Positions 18,296-27,362 of a stretch of 64,000 nt of DNA are shown one piece after another (positions within the stretch are counted from its first letter, which is position 1; every line of letters begins with the position of its first letter). Made by a program: the position numbers and the translations under genes. Source of the stretch: a virus. Lineage: Duplodnaviria > Caudoviricetes. The notes beneath the pieces were generated by a model, which ran no database searches, was not told where the DNA came from, and worked only from the letters and a program-made list of their open reading frames with translations. Location of the stretch: positions 1,279-65,278 of IMG/VR virus record IMGVR_UViG_3300044712_001509; one strand, 5' to 3'.

Positions 18296-18703
18296 ATGAC
18301 CGAGCCCGCCGAGAAGATCCCCGTCACCGTCGTCGTCCCCAAGCGCGAGGAGTTCAAGGGGTACTGGTCCCTCGGCCGCTCGCGCCCGGGCCGCGGCGTC
18401 TTCTTCGAGACCGGCCGCACCGACATTGAGGTGACCGCCGCCGAGCTCGCCGAGCTCAAGGAGGACGAGGCGGCGAAGCACCTCGTCGTCGTCGAGTACA
18501 GCCCCGCGGAGCGCGCCGCACGCCTCGCCGCCCAGGCCGAGGACGACGCGAAGAAGGCCGAGGACGCCGCGGCCTCCGCCCTCGAGGAGGCCCAGCGCAA
18601 GGCCGACGCCGCCGCGAAGGCGAAGGCGGACGCGAAGGCCGCCGCCGACGCTGCCGCCGCGAAGGCCGGCAAGGGCAAGAAGTCCGACAAGCCGGCCGAG
18701 TAG
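18296..18703 (+). CDS. HI1506-like head accessory protein with Ala/Lys tail
   Basis: Follows Mu-like capsid; AELAELKED motif; AAGGAG RBS. Confidence 0.6.
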   Translation: MTEPAEKIPVTVVVPKREEFKGYWSLGRSRPGRGVFFETGRTDIEVTAAELAELKEDEAAKHLVVVEYSPAERAARLAAQAEDDAKKAEDAAASALEEAQRKADAAAKAKADAKAAADAAAAKAGKGKKSDKPAE

Positions 18704-18718
18704 CCCCCGGGACGGGCC

Positions 18719-19189
18719 GTGTCGAGCTACGCCACCCCCGCGGACCTCTACGCCTACGGCGCGCCCGAGAGCGCGTTCGGGGACGTCGATCCGACCGCGG
18801 TGCAGGCGGCGCTCGACGCGGCGTCCACCCAGGCCGACGGGTACCTGGCGAACCGCTTCACCCTCCCGGTCGTCACCCCGAGCCAGGACCTCAAGGCGGC
18901 GGTCTGCCAGATCGCCGCATGGAACCTCCTGCGCCGGCGGGGCTTCAACCCCGAGGACCTCGGCGCCCAGGCGATCCGCACCGGGTACGAGGACGCGGAG
19001 CGGTGGCTCCGGGGCGTCTCCAAGGGCGAGATCACCCCCCAGCTCACCGACTCGAGCGCCGGTGTGGCGCCGCCGGGCGGCTCCGGGGGTGGCGCGTTCG
19101 TGGTGCAGCCCCAGGCGACCGGCCAGACCGACTCGGCCGGGTACCCCGTCTACACCGCGGGCGTCCCGCGCCACCGCGGGTGGAGGTAG
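18719..19189 (+). CDS. Mu gp36-like (DUF1320) head-tail connector
   Basis: YATPADL, DGYLANRFTLP, YEDAERWL. Confidence 0.85.
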   Translation: MSSYATPADLYAYGAPESAFGDVDPTAVQAALDAASTQADGYLANRFTLPVVTPSQDLKAAVCQIAAWNLLRRRGFNPEDLGAQAIRTGYEDAERWLRGVSKGEITPQLTDSSAGVAPPGGSGGGAFVVQPQATGQTDSAGYPVYTAGVPRHRGWR

Positions 19190-19192
19190 GCC

Positions 19193-19726
19193 GTGCTCGT
19201 CGGTGGCGACGGGATGCGCGGCCTCGAGGACCTGCGGCGCCGCATGAACGCGGTCGCGACGGGGGGCCTGCGCGAGCTCGTGAAGCGCAACTGCGCCGAG
19301 GCCTCGGTGAAGATCCTCGACGACGAGTTCCGCACCAGCACGGACCCCTACGGGAACCGGTGGCCGGCGCTCACCTCGCGGCAGGGGATGCCGCTCCTCG
19401 ACACCGGGACGCACCTCCGGGCGACGCTGACGCCCAAGGTCACGCCCGCCGGGTTCGAGGTCTCGACGCACTTCATCGGCGCCGCGGTCCACCAGTACGG
19501 CGCCACGATCCGGCCGGTCCGGGCGAAGAAGCTCGCGTTCAAGGTCCGCGGCGCGCCGACGAAGCGGAGCCCGCGCGGCAAGCTCTCGGGGACCATCTTC
19601 GCGGACGAGGTCACCATCCCGCGGCGCCAGTACATGCCCGAGGGCGACGCCGGCCCGCGCTGGACGCGCGGCCTCAACGACGCCGCCACGGACATGCTCA
19701 TGCTCGTGATGGGGGGGGACTTCTAG
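19193..19726 (+). CDS. Virion morphogenesis/tail completion protein (Mu gpG-like)
   Basis: DPYGNRW, PLLDTG, AAVHQYG, TIPRRQYM. Confidence 0.85.
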   Translation: MLVGGDGMRGLEDLRRRMNAVATGGLRELVKRNCAEASVKILDDEFRTSTDPYGNRWPALTSRQGMPLLDTGTHLRATLTPKVTPAGFEVSTHFIGAAVHQYGATIRPVRAKKLAFKVRGAPTKRSPRGKLSGTIFADEVTIPRRQYMPEGDAGPRWTRGLNDAATDMLMLVMGGDF

Positions 19727-20227
19727 GTGGCCCTCTCCGCGATCTTCGCCGACGTGAAGGCCCAGTACCTCCGGATCCGTCCCGGCGAGGAGTGGCTCGA
19801 CGGCGGCGAGCACCTCGCCGCGAACCACGCCCCGCCGCGCGTCGTCTGGGTCCCGAACCTCGACGGCGAGGACACTTACGGGCCGCCCGAGGTCCACGAC
19901 CTGACGCCCGGCGCCCCGCGCACGCTCCTCGAGTGCACCGCCCAGGTCGCGATCCACCTCTGGGGCAAGGACCCGGACACCGTCGAGGCGATGCGGAACG
20001 CCGTCATCGTCGCCCTGCGCCGCTCCGCCGCGGCGGCCCACAAGGTCGTTCGGGGGTGGTGGCTCGGGCCCGCGCGCACGGTGATGCAGGCCGGCCGCGT
20101 CTACGTCCTGATCGTCACGTTCCCCATCCCGATCCGCGACGTCGAGACGTTCGCGACCGTCACCGACGTCCCGGGCACCGCGACGGACCCCATCGACCTC
20201 GGCTTCGACCCGCCCCCCGCACCGTGA
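19727..20227 (+). CDS. Putative tail terminator
   Basis: Position before sheath; PRVVWVP; beta-rich. Confidence 0.55.
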   Translation: MALSAIFADVKAQYLRIRPGEEWLDGGEHLAANHAPPRVVWVPNLDGEDTYGPPEVHDLTPGAPRTLLECTAQVAIHLWGKDPDTVEAMRNAVIVALRRSAAAAHKVVRGWWLGPARTVMQAGRVYVLIVTFPIPIRDVETFATVTDVPGTATDPIDLGFDPPPAP

Positions 20228-20234
20228 GGACCCC

Positions 20235-20435
20235 ATGAGCGAGTTCGCCGCCGAGGAGATCCAGACCCCCGCCGACCCGCGGCGCCCGTTCGAGGAGTGG
20301 GTCGCTGCCAAGAAGCCCGCGGCGTGGCTCGCCGCCGCCGCCCGTGCCATGCAGGGGTGGGCCATCGGGCGCGAGGTCACGGAGCACCAGTTCGACAAGG
20401 CGCTCGAGGCCGCCGGCGCCGTCACGATGAGGTGA
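20235..20435 (+). CDS. Small pre-sheath protein
   Basis: GAGG RBS; W..GREVTEHQFDKAL. Confidence 0.6.
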   Translation: MSEFAAEEIQTPADPRRPFEEWVAAKKPAAWLAAAARAMQGWAIGREVTEHQFDKALEAAGAVTMR

Positions 20436-20439
20436 GACC

Positions 20440-21867
20440 ATGTCCATCCCCGACGTCAAGACGACCATCCTCGACGGCGCCCTCGGCCTCTCCCCGGGCT
20501 CGTCCTCCCGCATCCAGGTCAAGCTCGGCACGTCCTCCATCGGGACGGTGAACGAGCTCGTCTCGATCTCGGACATCTCGACCCTCGTCTCGACCTTCGG
20601 CCAGGGGCCGCTCGTCGAGGCCGCGGCGCGGGTGCTCTCGATCGCCGGCGGGCCGGTGCTGTGCATGCGGGTCACCGGGTCGACCGCCGGCGCGGTCGGG
20701 ACGCCCACGGCGTCGAAGACCGGCACCGCCACCCTCGCCATCGCGGGCGCCGCCTACGACGCCTACGAGATCGTCCTCCAGATCATCCAGGGCGGCGCCA
20801 CCCTCGCCGCCGGCACCGCGACGTTCAAGTACAGCCTCGACGGCGGGAACACCTACTCCGCCGAGCTGGCGGTCCCGACCTCCGGCGTCTACGCGATCCC
20901 GAACAGCAACGTCACGCTGACCTGGACGTACTCCACCGGGACGGCGTTCGTCGCGGCCGACTCCTGGACGGCGACCTGCACCGCGCCGGCCTACACGACC
21001 TCGGACCTCGCCAACGCGGTGACGGCGCTCCTCGCCGACCCGCGGACGTGGTTCATGCTGCACGCCGTGGGCGTCCCGGCGGACCTCGCGGGCGCGCGCG
21101 CCCTCTACGCCGCCCTCGCGACCCACATGGCGTCGGCCGCCAGCGGGTACCGCTACGCCTTCGCCCTCATGGAGGCGCCGTCGGGCACCGATGCGGCCCT
21201 CCTCGCCAGCACGACCGGGTTCGGGGACCTGGGCGACACCCGCGTCGCCGTCGGCGCCGGGTTCCTCGACGTGATCTCCCCCGTCTCGGGCCGGTCCTAC
21301 ACCCGGAACGTGGCGTGGGAGGCGGCGGCGCGCGCCTCCAAGGTCCAGCCGTCCCAGGACCTCGGCGCCGTCGAGGACGGGCCGCTCTCCGGCGTCGTGA
21401 GCCTCGCCCGCGACGAGCGCGCGACCGAGGGGCTCGACGCGGGCCGGTTCACGACCGCGCGCACGATCGTCGGGCGCCAGGGCTACTACCTGACCCGCGG
21501 CCGCATCCTCGCGCCGGCGGGCTCCGACTACTCCCTGATCCAGAACCGCCGCGTGATGGACATCGCGAGCGCCGTCGCGCGCGACCGCGCGCTCCGGTTC
21601 CTCAACGCGAAGGTCCCCGTCAACGCCGACGGGACCATCCAGGAGAAGGCCGCGAAGGCGATCGAGGCCTACATCGAGGCCGGCCTCCGCGGCGAGCTCA
21701 CGCAGAAGGACGACGCGGTGGACGTCTCCGTCACCGTCGACCGCACCGTCAACATCCTCTCGACCGGCCGCCTGGTGGTTCGCGTCCGCGTGCGCCCCTT
21801 CGGCTACGCGAGCGACATCGAGGTCGAGCTCGGGTTCACCTCGCCCGCCATCGCGGCGGCCGCGTAA
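20440..21867 (+). CDS. Contractile tail sheath (DUF2586-like)
   Basis: PDVKTTILDGALG, GSDYSLIQNRRVMD, VRPFGYASDIEVELGF. Confidence 0.9.
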   Translation: MSIPDVKTTILDGALGLSPGSSSRIQVKLGTSSIGTVNELVSISDISTLVSTFGQGPLVEAAARVLSIAGGPVLCMRVTGSTAGAVGTPTASKTGTATLAIAGAAYDAYEIVLQIIQGGATLAAGTATFKYSLDGGNTYSAELAVPTSGVYAIPNSNVTLTWTYSTGTAFVAADSWTATCTAPAYTTSDLANAVTALLADPRTWFMLHAVGVPADLAGARALYAALATHMASAASGYRYAFALMEAPSGTDAALLASTTGFGDLGDTRVAVGAGFLDVISPVSGRSYTRNVAWEAAARASKVQPSQDLGAVEDGPLSGVVSLARDERATEGLDAGRFTTARTIVGRQGYYLTRGRILAPAGSDYSLIQNRRVMDIASAVARDRALRFLNAKVPVNADGTIQEKAAKAIEAYIEAGLRGELTQKDDAVDVSVTVDRTVNILSTGRLVVRVRVRPFGYASDIEVELGFTSPAIAAAA

Positions 21868-21879
21868 GGAGGGCACGCC

Positions 21880-22368
21880 ATGGGTCTCGCAGTCCCGATC
21901 ATCAACGGCCGCCGGTACGACTACACCGCGATCGACATCCTGATCGACGGCCTCCCGGTCCTCGGCCGCGCTCCGTCGTCCATCAGCTACGACCACTCCC
22001 TCAAGCCCGGGATCGTGAAGGGCGGGAGCCCGCTCCCCCTCGGCCTCACCCGCGGCGACTACGAGGCCTCGGCGACGATCGAGATGCCGAAGGAGGAGGC
22101 CGACACCTTCCGCACCCTCCTCGCCGCGACCTCCGCCGGCGCCGGCTCGGCTGGCGGCTACATGGAGGCGCGCTTCGAGATGACGGTCGCCTTCGCCGAG
22201 CTCGGCGGCCCGATGCAGATCGACCACCTCAACGGCTGCCGCGTGACCCACGACTCCGAGTCGCACAGCAAGGGCGGCGACGGCCTCACCGTGAAGTTCG
22301 AGCTCTTCGTCCAGTACATCATCAAGAACGGCAAGATGCCGCTGGGCGTGGACGCGATGATCAAGTAG
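21880..22368 (+). CDS. Tail tube protein
   Basis: INGRRYDY, TRGDYEAS; follows sheath. Confidence 0.8.
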   Translation: MGLAVPIINGRRYDYTAIDILIDGLPVLGRAPSSISYDHSLKPGIVKGGSPLPLGLTRGDYEASATIEMPKEEADTFRTLLAATSAGAGSAGGYMEARFEMTVAFAELGGPMQIDHLNGCRVTHDSESHSKGGDGLTVKFELFVQYIIKNGKMPLGVDAMIK

Positions 22369-22399
22369 CAGCCCACCCGCAACGGAGACCCCGACCCCC

Positions 22400-22759
22400 A
22401 TGTCCGACCCCGTCCAGAGCACCCCCGACCTCGACCCCGAGGTCGAGGCCCGTCTCGTCGAGCTCGCGGCGAAGCACAACGTCCCCCGCGAGAAGGTCCA
22501 CCAGCTCACCGCCGGCAAGTTCGTGATCGTCGTGCGCGAGCCCGCGCGCATGGTCTGGCGCCGCTTCATCGAGTCCGTCTCGGCGGACCCGAAGAACCGG
22601 CCCACCGCGCTCGAGACCATGGTCCGCGACTGCCTCCTCGACCCCGACCGGAAGGCGTTCGAGGCGATGCTCGACGACAAGCCGGCGCTGGGGATGATCT
22701 TCGGGGGCGAGGTCGCCGATCTCGCGGGCGACGGCCTGGTGGCTGCAAAAAACGGCTGA
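22400..22759 (+). CDS. Tail assembly chaperone (G); -1 frameshift form extends to 22914
   Basis: Between tube and tape measure; A_AAA_AAC at 22747-22753 with an open -1 frame. Confidence 0.75.
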   Translation: MSDPVQSTPDLDPEVEARLVELAAKHNVPREKVHQLTAGKFVIVVREPARMVWRRFIESVSADPKNRPTALETMVRDCLLDPDRKAFEAMLDDKPALGMIFGGEVADLAGDGLVAAKNG

Positions 22760-22918
22760 TGGGGCGGTTCGAGCAGGCGTGCTCGAGCCTCCCCCTCGCC
22801 GGCGACGCGGTGCATGCGCTGTTCCGCGGAGAGGAGTCGGAGGACGCAGAACTCGGGGCGATGATCCTGGCGGCCGGTGCGCTCGTCTGGTTCGCGCCCG
22901 CGAAGAAGGGGTAGCGAC

Positions 22919-24523
22919 GTGGCCGGCAAGAAGCTGTCTTGGATCTTCGAGCTGATCGATAAGATGACCGGCCCCGGCCGGCGCATCAACGACACGCTCA
23001 AGAAGACCGACGAGACGCTCGAACGCGTCACCGGCAAGGCGAAGAAGCACACCGACGCGCTCGGGCGCGCGGCGGGCGCGACCCGCAAGCTCGGGGACGC
23101 GCACCGTCACGCCGGCATCGAGGGCGACCACTTCTTCCGCAAGCTCACCGCCTGGTACCTCGGGGTCCAGGCGTTCCAGGGCACGGTCGTGGGGATCGCG
23201 GAGTCCCTGCTCCGGCTCCCCTACGCGTTCGCGAAGGCGGGCGTCGCCGCGGCATCGTTCAAAGAGAACACGATGCTGGGGCTCAACATGATGCTGCGCG
23301 ACCCCAAGAAGTCGAAGGCCCTGTACGAGGAGGCCGTCAACTTCGCGGACATCTCGCCCTTCGAGACCCAGGAGACGCTCCAGTGGTACCGGCAACTCCT
23401 CGGAGCCATGGGGCCGAGCGGGCTCACGGGGATCGGCACGCCCGGCGGTACGCGGATCCTCAAGATTCTGGCCGGCCTCGGCGACATTGCGTCCACGCAG
23501 CCCTCCCCGTCCCTCGCGATGGGGCGGATCCTGATGCAGGTCACGCAGATGCTCAACAAGCCGCACGCGCTGATGTCGGACTTGCGCGTGATGGCTGAGT
23601 CGGGCCTTCCCCTGAACGCGATGTACGGGAAGCTCGCGCAGCGGCACGGCATCACGCTGGCGGAAGCGCAGTCGTCCAAGTGGGAGGGCAAGTTCGGGTC
23701 GGCGGAGGCGCTCCAGGCGATCCTCGAGGTCTCCGCGGAGCGGTTCGGGGGCGGCGTGCTGGGCGGCGGCATGGGCCCGGCGTCGCACACCCTCACCGGC
23801 CTGTGGTCGACCCTTGTCTCGCGGCCGTACCGCATGATGGAGGACCTCGGGAACACCGCCGGCTTCAAGTCGATGAAGGCGGCGCTCGAGAACCTCGTCG
23901 CCGTCCTCGACCCGGCGTCGCCCTCGGGCAAGCGGATCAAGGCCAACGTCGAGCTTCTCTTCGACAAGATCCTGGGCGGCGTCTTCAACCGGTTCCAGGA
24001 CCCCAAGTCGGTCGAGGCGTGGGTCAACAGCGTGCTCGACGGCCTCACCAAGATCATCCCGCGCATGGAGGCGCTGGCGAAGGCGGTCGGGTCGATCGCG
24101 GAGAACCTCGGGAAGATCGGCACGGCGAGCAAAATCTGGTCGGAGGAGGGGCCGTTCACGGGGCTGTGGAACGCCATCGTCGCAGAGCGCCGAGCGAAGG
24201 GCGGCGCCGTGAGCGGCGGCGAGATCCCCGAGACGATCGCGAACCTGCGCCGGCTCTACGGCCAGAAGTCCCTCACGCCGTGGGATCGCGTGATGCTGCA
24301 GCAGTACGAGGCCCGCGCGCGCGAGCTCGGGATCCCGATGCAGAATTTCGGCTTCCCCGCGCCGACTTCCACTCCCGCGGAGAAGAAGCCCACCGGGTTC
24401 AACAACGAGGGCGGGATCCACATCCACATCGACGGGGCGCAGGACCCGCGCGCCGTCGCTGACGAGCTCGAGGACCGCCTCGCCTCGCTCACCGAGCGTT
24501 GGGCGATCGGGGCGGGTGCGTGA
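22919..24523 (+). CDS. Tape measure protein (short, about 534 aa)
   Basis: FELIDKMTGP, FADISPFE, TLTGLWSTL; position. Confidence 0.85.
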   Translation: MAGKKLSWIFELIDKMTGPGRRINDTLKKTDETLERVTGKAKKHTDALGRAAGATRKLGDAHRHAGIEGDHFFRKLTAWYLGVQAFQGTVVGIAESLLRLPYAFAKAGVAAASFKENTMLGLNMMLRDPKKSKALYEEAVNFADISPFETQETLQWYRQLLGAMGPSGLTGIGTPGGTRILKILAGLGDIASTQPSPSLAMGRILMQVTQMLNKPHALMSDLRVMAESGLPLNAMYGKLAQRHGITLAEAQSSKWEGKFGSAEALQAILEVSAERFGGGVLGGGMGPASHTLTGLWSTLVSRPYRMMEDLGNTAGFKSMKAALENLVAVLDPASPSGKRIKANVELLFDKILGGVFNRFQDPKSVEAWVNSVLDGLTKIIPRMEALAKAVGSIAENLGKIGTASKIWSEEGPFTGLWNAIVAERRAKGGAVSGGEIPETIANLRRLYGQKSLTPWDRVMLQQYEARARELGIPMQNFGFPAPTSTPAEKKPTGFNNEGGIHIHIDGAQDPRAVADELEDRLASLTERWAIGAGA

Positions 24524-25212
24524 TGGCGGACGACGCGAGCATCACCTCCCCGACCGCCGGCGCCTCGCCGCGCACGCCGTTCTGGGACCACGCCCCGGTC
24601 CGGCCCGACGAGACCGGCGACCAAGACGTCTACGTCGAGTTCAACCCGCTGCGCCTCACCGACTGGGAGCGCGTGACGCTGGGCGGGATCGAACTCCCCG
24701 GCGTGTGCCGCGTCCGCACGCCCGGGCGCCAGCGCCGGGTCGACGTGGCGAACGCGCCCGGCGAGGACGTCTCGGCGCTCATCGACGTCGGGGCAATGGC
24801 GGCCGAGGTGGTCATCTCCTGCACCATGTGGACCCCGTCGCACCTGGCGCGGTGGGAGAATTTCTGCGAGGTCGCCCGCGAGTGGTTCGGCGCGGCCTCC
24901 GCGGCGGTGGCGGCCACGGCGGCGGGCGAGAAGACGCCGCCCCCGGCGATGGACGTCTACCACCCCGGGCTCGCGCTGGTGGGCGTGACTTCGCTCTACC
25001 TGCGGCAGGTCAGCCCCCCGGAGCCGGGCGCCGTCACCGGGACGATGACGGCGACGATCACGGCCGTGGAGTGGCGCCACCGCCCGAAGCCGAAGAAGAA
25101 CCAGGCGGTGAAGACGGTCGACATCTCGCTCGACGGCCTCGACAAGAAGAGCATCGCGAAGGAGCTCCAGCCGAAGGCGTCCACGCCCTCGCAGACCGAG
25201 GTCAAGCCGTGA
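24523..25212 (+). CDS. Tail tube initiator/baseplate protein
   Basis: Follows tape measure; VTLGGIELPGVC; VYHPGL. Confidence 0.6.
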   Translation: MADDASITSPTAGASPRTPFWDHAPVRPDETGDQDVYVEFNPLRLTDWERVTLGGIELPGVCRVRTPGRQRRVDVANAPGEDVSALIDVGAMAAEVVISCTMWTPSHLARWENFCEVAREWFGAASAAVAATAAGEKTPPPAMDVYHPGLALVGVTSLYLRQVSPPEPGAVTGTMTATITAVEWRHRPKPKKNQAVKTVDISLDGLDKKSIAKELQPKASTPSQTEVKP

Positions 25213-26366
25213 GCGCCGTCACCGTCAACGGCCGGGCCGCCCTCTGGGGCGAGTTCCACCTGCCGCGCATCGGCGTGTGGTACGGGGACTTCGGCCTCGC
25301 CCGCGACACCGAGGCCCTGGCGCTCACCGGCGCCGTCGAGGTGCAGATCGGCTCCCTGATCTGGCGGGGGACGGTCCGCCGCTCGGGCGAGAACAAGGGC
25401 GCGATCGTCGCGCGGGTGGTCGGCGGCGGCGACGGCCTCCGCACCACGGTCCCGGCGAAGGCGTACCAGGGCGTCCCGATCCGGATCCCGCTCGAGGAAC
25501 TCCTCGCCGAGGTCGGCGAGACTCTGGCGCCGACGACCGACCCGACGTTCCTCGCGACCGTCCTGCCTCAGTGGACGCGCACCGAGGGCCCAGCGAGCGC
25601 CGCGCTGACCGACCTCCTCGACGCCGGCAACGCGGCGGCCTGGCGCATCCTGCGGGACGGGACCCTCTGGATCGGCTCCGAGACGTGGCGGCCGAGCGAG
25701 ATCATCGCCTACACCTACCTGCAGAACAGCCCCGGAGCCGGGTTCATCGACATCAGCCCCCAGGGCGATCCCGCGATCTTCCCCGGGGAGGTCTTCCGGG
25801 ACAGGCCCGTCTCCACGGTCATCCACCGCCTGTCCGGCCGCAGGTTCCGGACGCGGATCTGGGTCGAGGACTACCTCGACGCCACCACGGACCGGATCCG
25901 GGCCGGGATCTCCGCGTTCGTGAAGTCGCAGCTCCCCAACTTCGACTTCCTCGCGGCGCACTGGGCGCGCGTCGTGGCGCAGAACGCGGACGGCACCCTC
26001 GAGCTCGTGCCGGACGACAGCCGGATCCCGGGCCGCTCCAACGTGCCGATCCGCTACGGCGTCCCCGGGGTGAAGGCGACCGTCGCGCCGGGCGCGCGCG
26101 TCCTCCTCGAGTTCGCCGGCGGCGATCCCTCCAAGCCGTTCGCGACGGTGTGGGAGTCGGCCGCCGTGACGAAGATGGAGATCACCGCGACCGAGGTGGA
26201 CGTCACCGCGACGACCGTGAAGGTGGACGCCACCCAGGTCACCATCAACAGCGGCGTGCTGCCGGTGGCGAAGGAGGGGAGCGCGCTGGCGGGGACCGCC
26301 GGCCCCTTCGCCATCGTCGGAACCGTCGCCGTGGGCGCCGGGTCTCCCACCGTGAGGGTGCCCTAA
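25209..26366 (+). CDS. Fused baseplate hub and spike (VgrG-like architecture)
   Basis: WRILRDGTLWIG hub region; OB-fold ARVVAQNADGT...GARVLLEFAGGDPSKP; beta-helix TEVDVTATTVKVD. Confidence 0.7.
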   Translation: MSAVTVNGRAALWGEFHLPRIGVWYGDFGLARDTEALALTGAVEVQIGSLIWRGTVRRSGENKGAIVARVVGGGDGLRTTVPAKAYQGVPIRIPLEELLAEVGETLAPTTDPTFLATVLPQWTRTEGPASAALTDLLDAGNAAAWRILRDGTLWIGSETWRPSEIIAYTYLQNSPGAGFIDISPQGDPAIFPGEVFRDRPVSTVIHRLSGRRFRTRIWVEDYLDATTDRIRAGISAFVKSQLPNFDFLAAHWARVVAQNADGTLELVPDDSRIPGRSNVPIRYGVPGVKATVAPGARVLLEFAGGDPSKPFATVWESAAVTKMEITATEVDVTATTVKVDATQVTINSGVLPVAKEGSALAGTAGPFAIVGTVAVGAGSPTVRVP

Positions 26367-26367
26367 G

Positions 26368-26889
26368 ATGCCCCTCGTCCTCGCCGGCGCTTCCGACTGC
26401 TCCACCGGGCTTGCGAAGCGGGTCTATGACCAGCTCCTCGGCGACACCGCGCGGAACGGGCTCCAGGGGAACACGCCGCCGGCCGACTGGCACGACATCA
26501 TCCGGGCGATCTGCTACGCCGCGGCGAAGGGCGTCGCCGACGAGGTGAACGCGCGGAGTTCGCGCGCCACCGCCGCGGTGACCGGAGGCGCGCCCGGCAG
26601 CGTCGCCCTCGCCGGCGCCGCCGAGGGGATCTCGGGCGTCTCCCTCGAGACCGTCAACGCCTTCCGCTGCGTCCGGTTCACGTTCGCGACGGCGATGACG
26701 GACACCGACTACGTCGCGGTGCCCTGCGAGGACTTCTCGGCGGGGCTCCCGGGCAACTCGTCCCGCGCGCTCTACATCGCCGAGAAGGCGGAGGGCTACG
26801 TCTCGATCGGCTGGTACGCGACGGGCTCCGAGGCATTCGACCACATCGACGGATGGTCGCACCGCGTCGCCGTCCTGGTGGTGAGGTGA
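26368..26889 (+). CDS. Baseplate/tail accessory protein
   Basis: Position after spike; FTFATAMTDTDY fibre-like C-terminus. Confidence 0.5.
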   Translation: MPLVLAGASDCSTGLAKRVYDQLLGDTARNGLQGNTPPADWHDIIRAICYAAAKGVADEVNARSSRATAAVTGGAPGSVALAGAAEGISGVSLETVNAFRCVRFTFATAMTDTDYVAVPCEDFSAGLPGNSSRALYIAEKAEGYVSIGWYATGSEAFDHIDGWSHRVAVLVVR

Positions 26890-26891
26890 CC

Positions 26892-27362
26892 ATGGACTCC
26901 GACTACGGCGTCGACATCTCCGCGACCTCGGGACTGGACCCCAACTTCACGCTCGTGAGCGGGACGCGCGTCGTGTGCGAGGCGCTGTTCCGCCGGCTCA
27001 CCACCCCCCGCGGCGAACTCTTCTACGCCCCGAGCTACGGGAAGGACGTCCGCGAGTTCCTCAACGGTCGGGTCGACCAGCGCCGGCTCGACGCCGCGCG
27101 CGCGTCCATCGAGGCCGAGTGCCGGAAGGATGACCGGGTCGACACGGTGAAGGCGGCGCTCGCCTTCGACCCACGGACGGAGAAGCTCCGGATCCGGATC
27201 GAGGGCACCACGGCGGCCGGCCCGTTCACGCTCACCATGTCCGTCACCGCGTTCGCGGCGACGATCGAAGTGGCGCCGCTCGAGGTCGCCGCCCCCGCCG
27301 CCGCGGCCGCCACCACCGAGCCCAACACCACGATCATCTACGCGGAGGGGGGGCTCTACTGA
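26892..27362 (+). CDS. gp25/gpW-like baseplate wedge (sheath initiator)
   Basis: RRLTTPRGELFYAPSYG, ECRKDDRV. Confidence 0.85.
   Translation: MDSDYGVDISATSGLDPNFTLVSGTRVVCEALFRRLTTPRGELFYAPSYGKDVREFLNGRVDQRRLDAARASIEAECRKDDRVDTVKAALAFDPRTEKLRIRIEGTTAAGPFTLTMSVTAFAATIEVAPLEVAAPAAAAATTEPNTTIIYAEGGLY

Noticed and set aside
7321-19726. Transposable Mu-like phage
   Set aside because: Head genes are Mu-like, but there is no MuA/MuB; a tyrosine integrase and attP are present.
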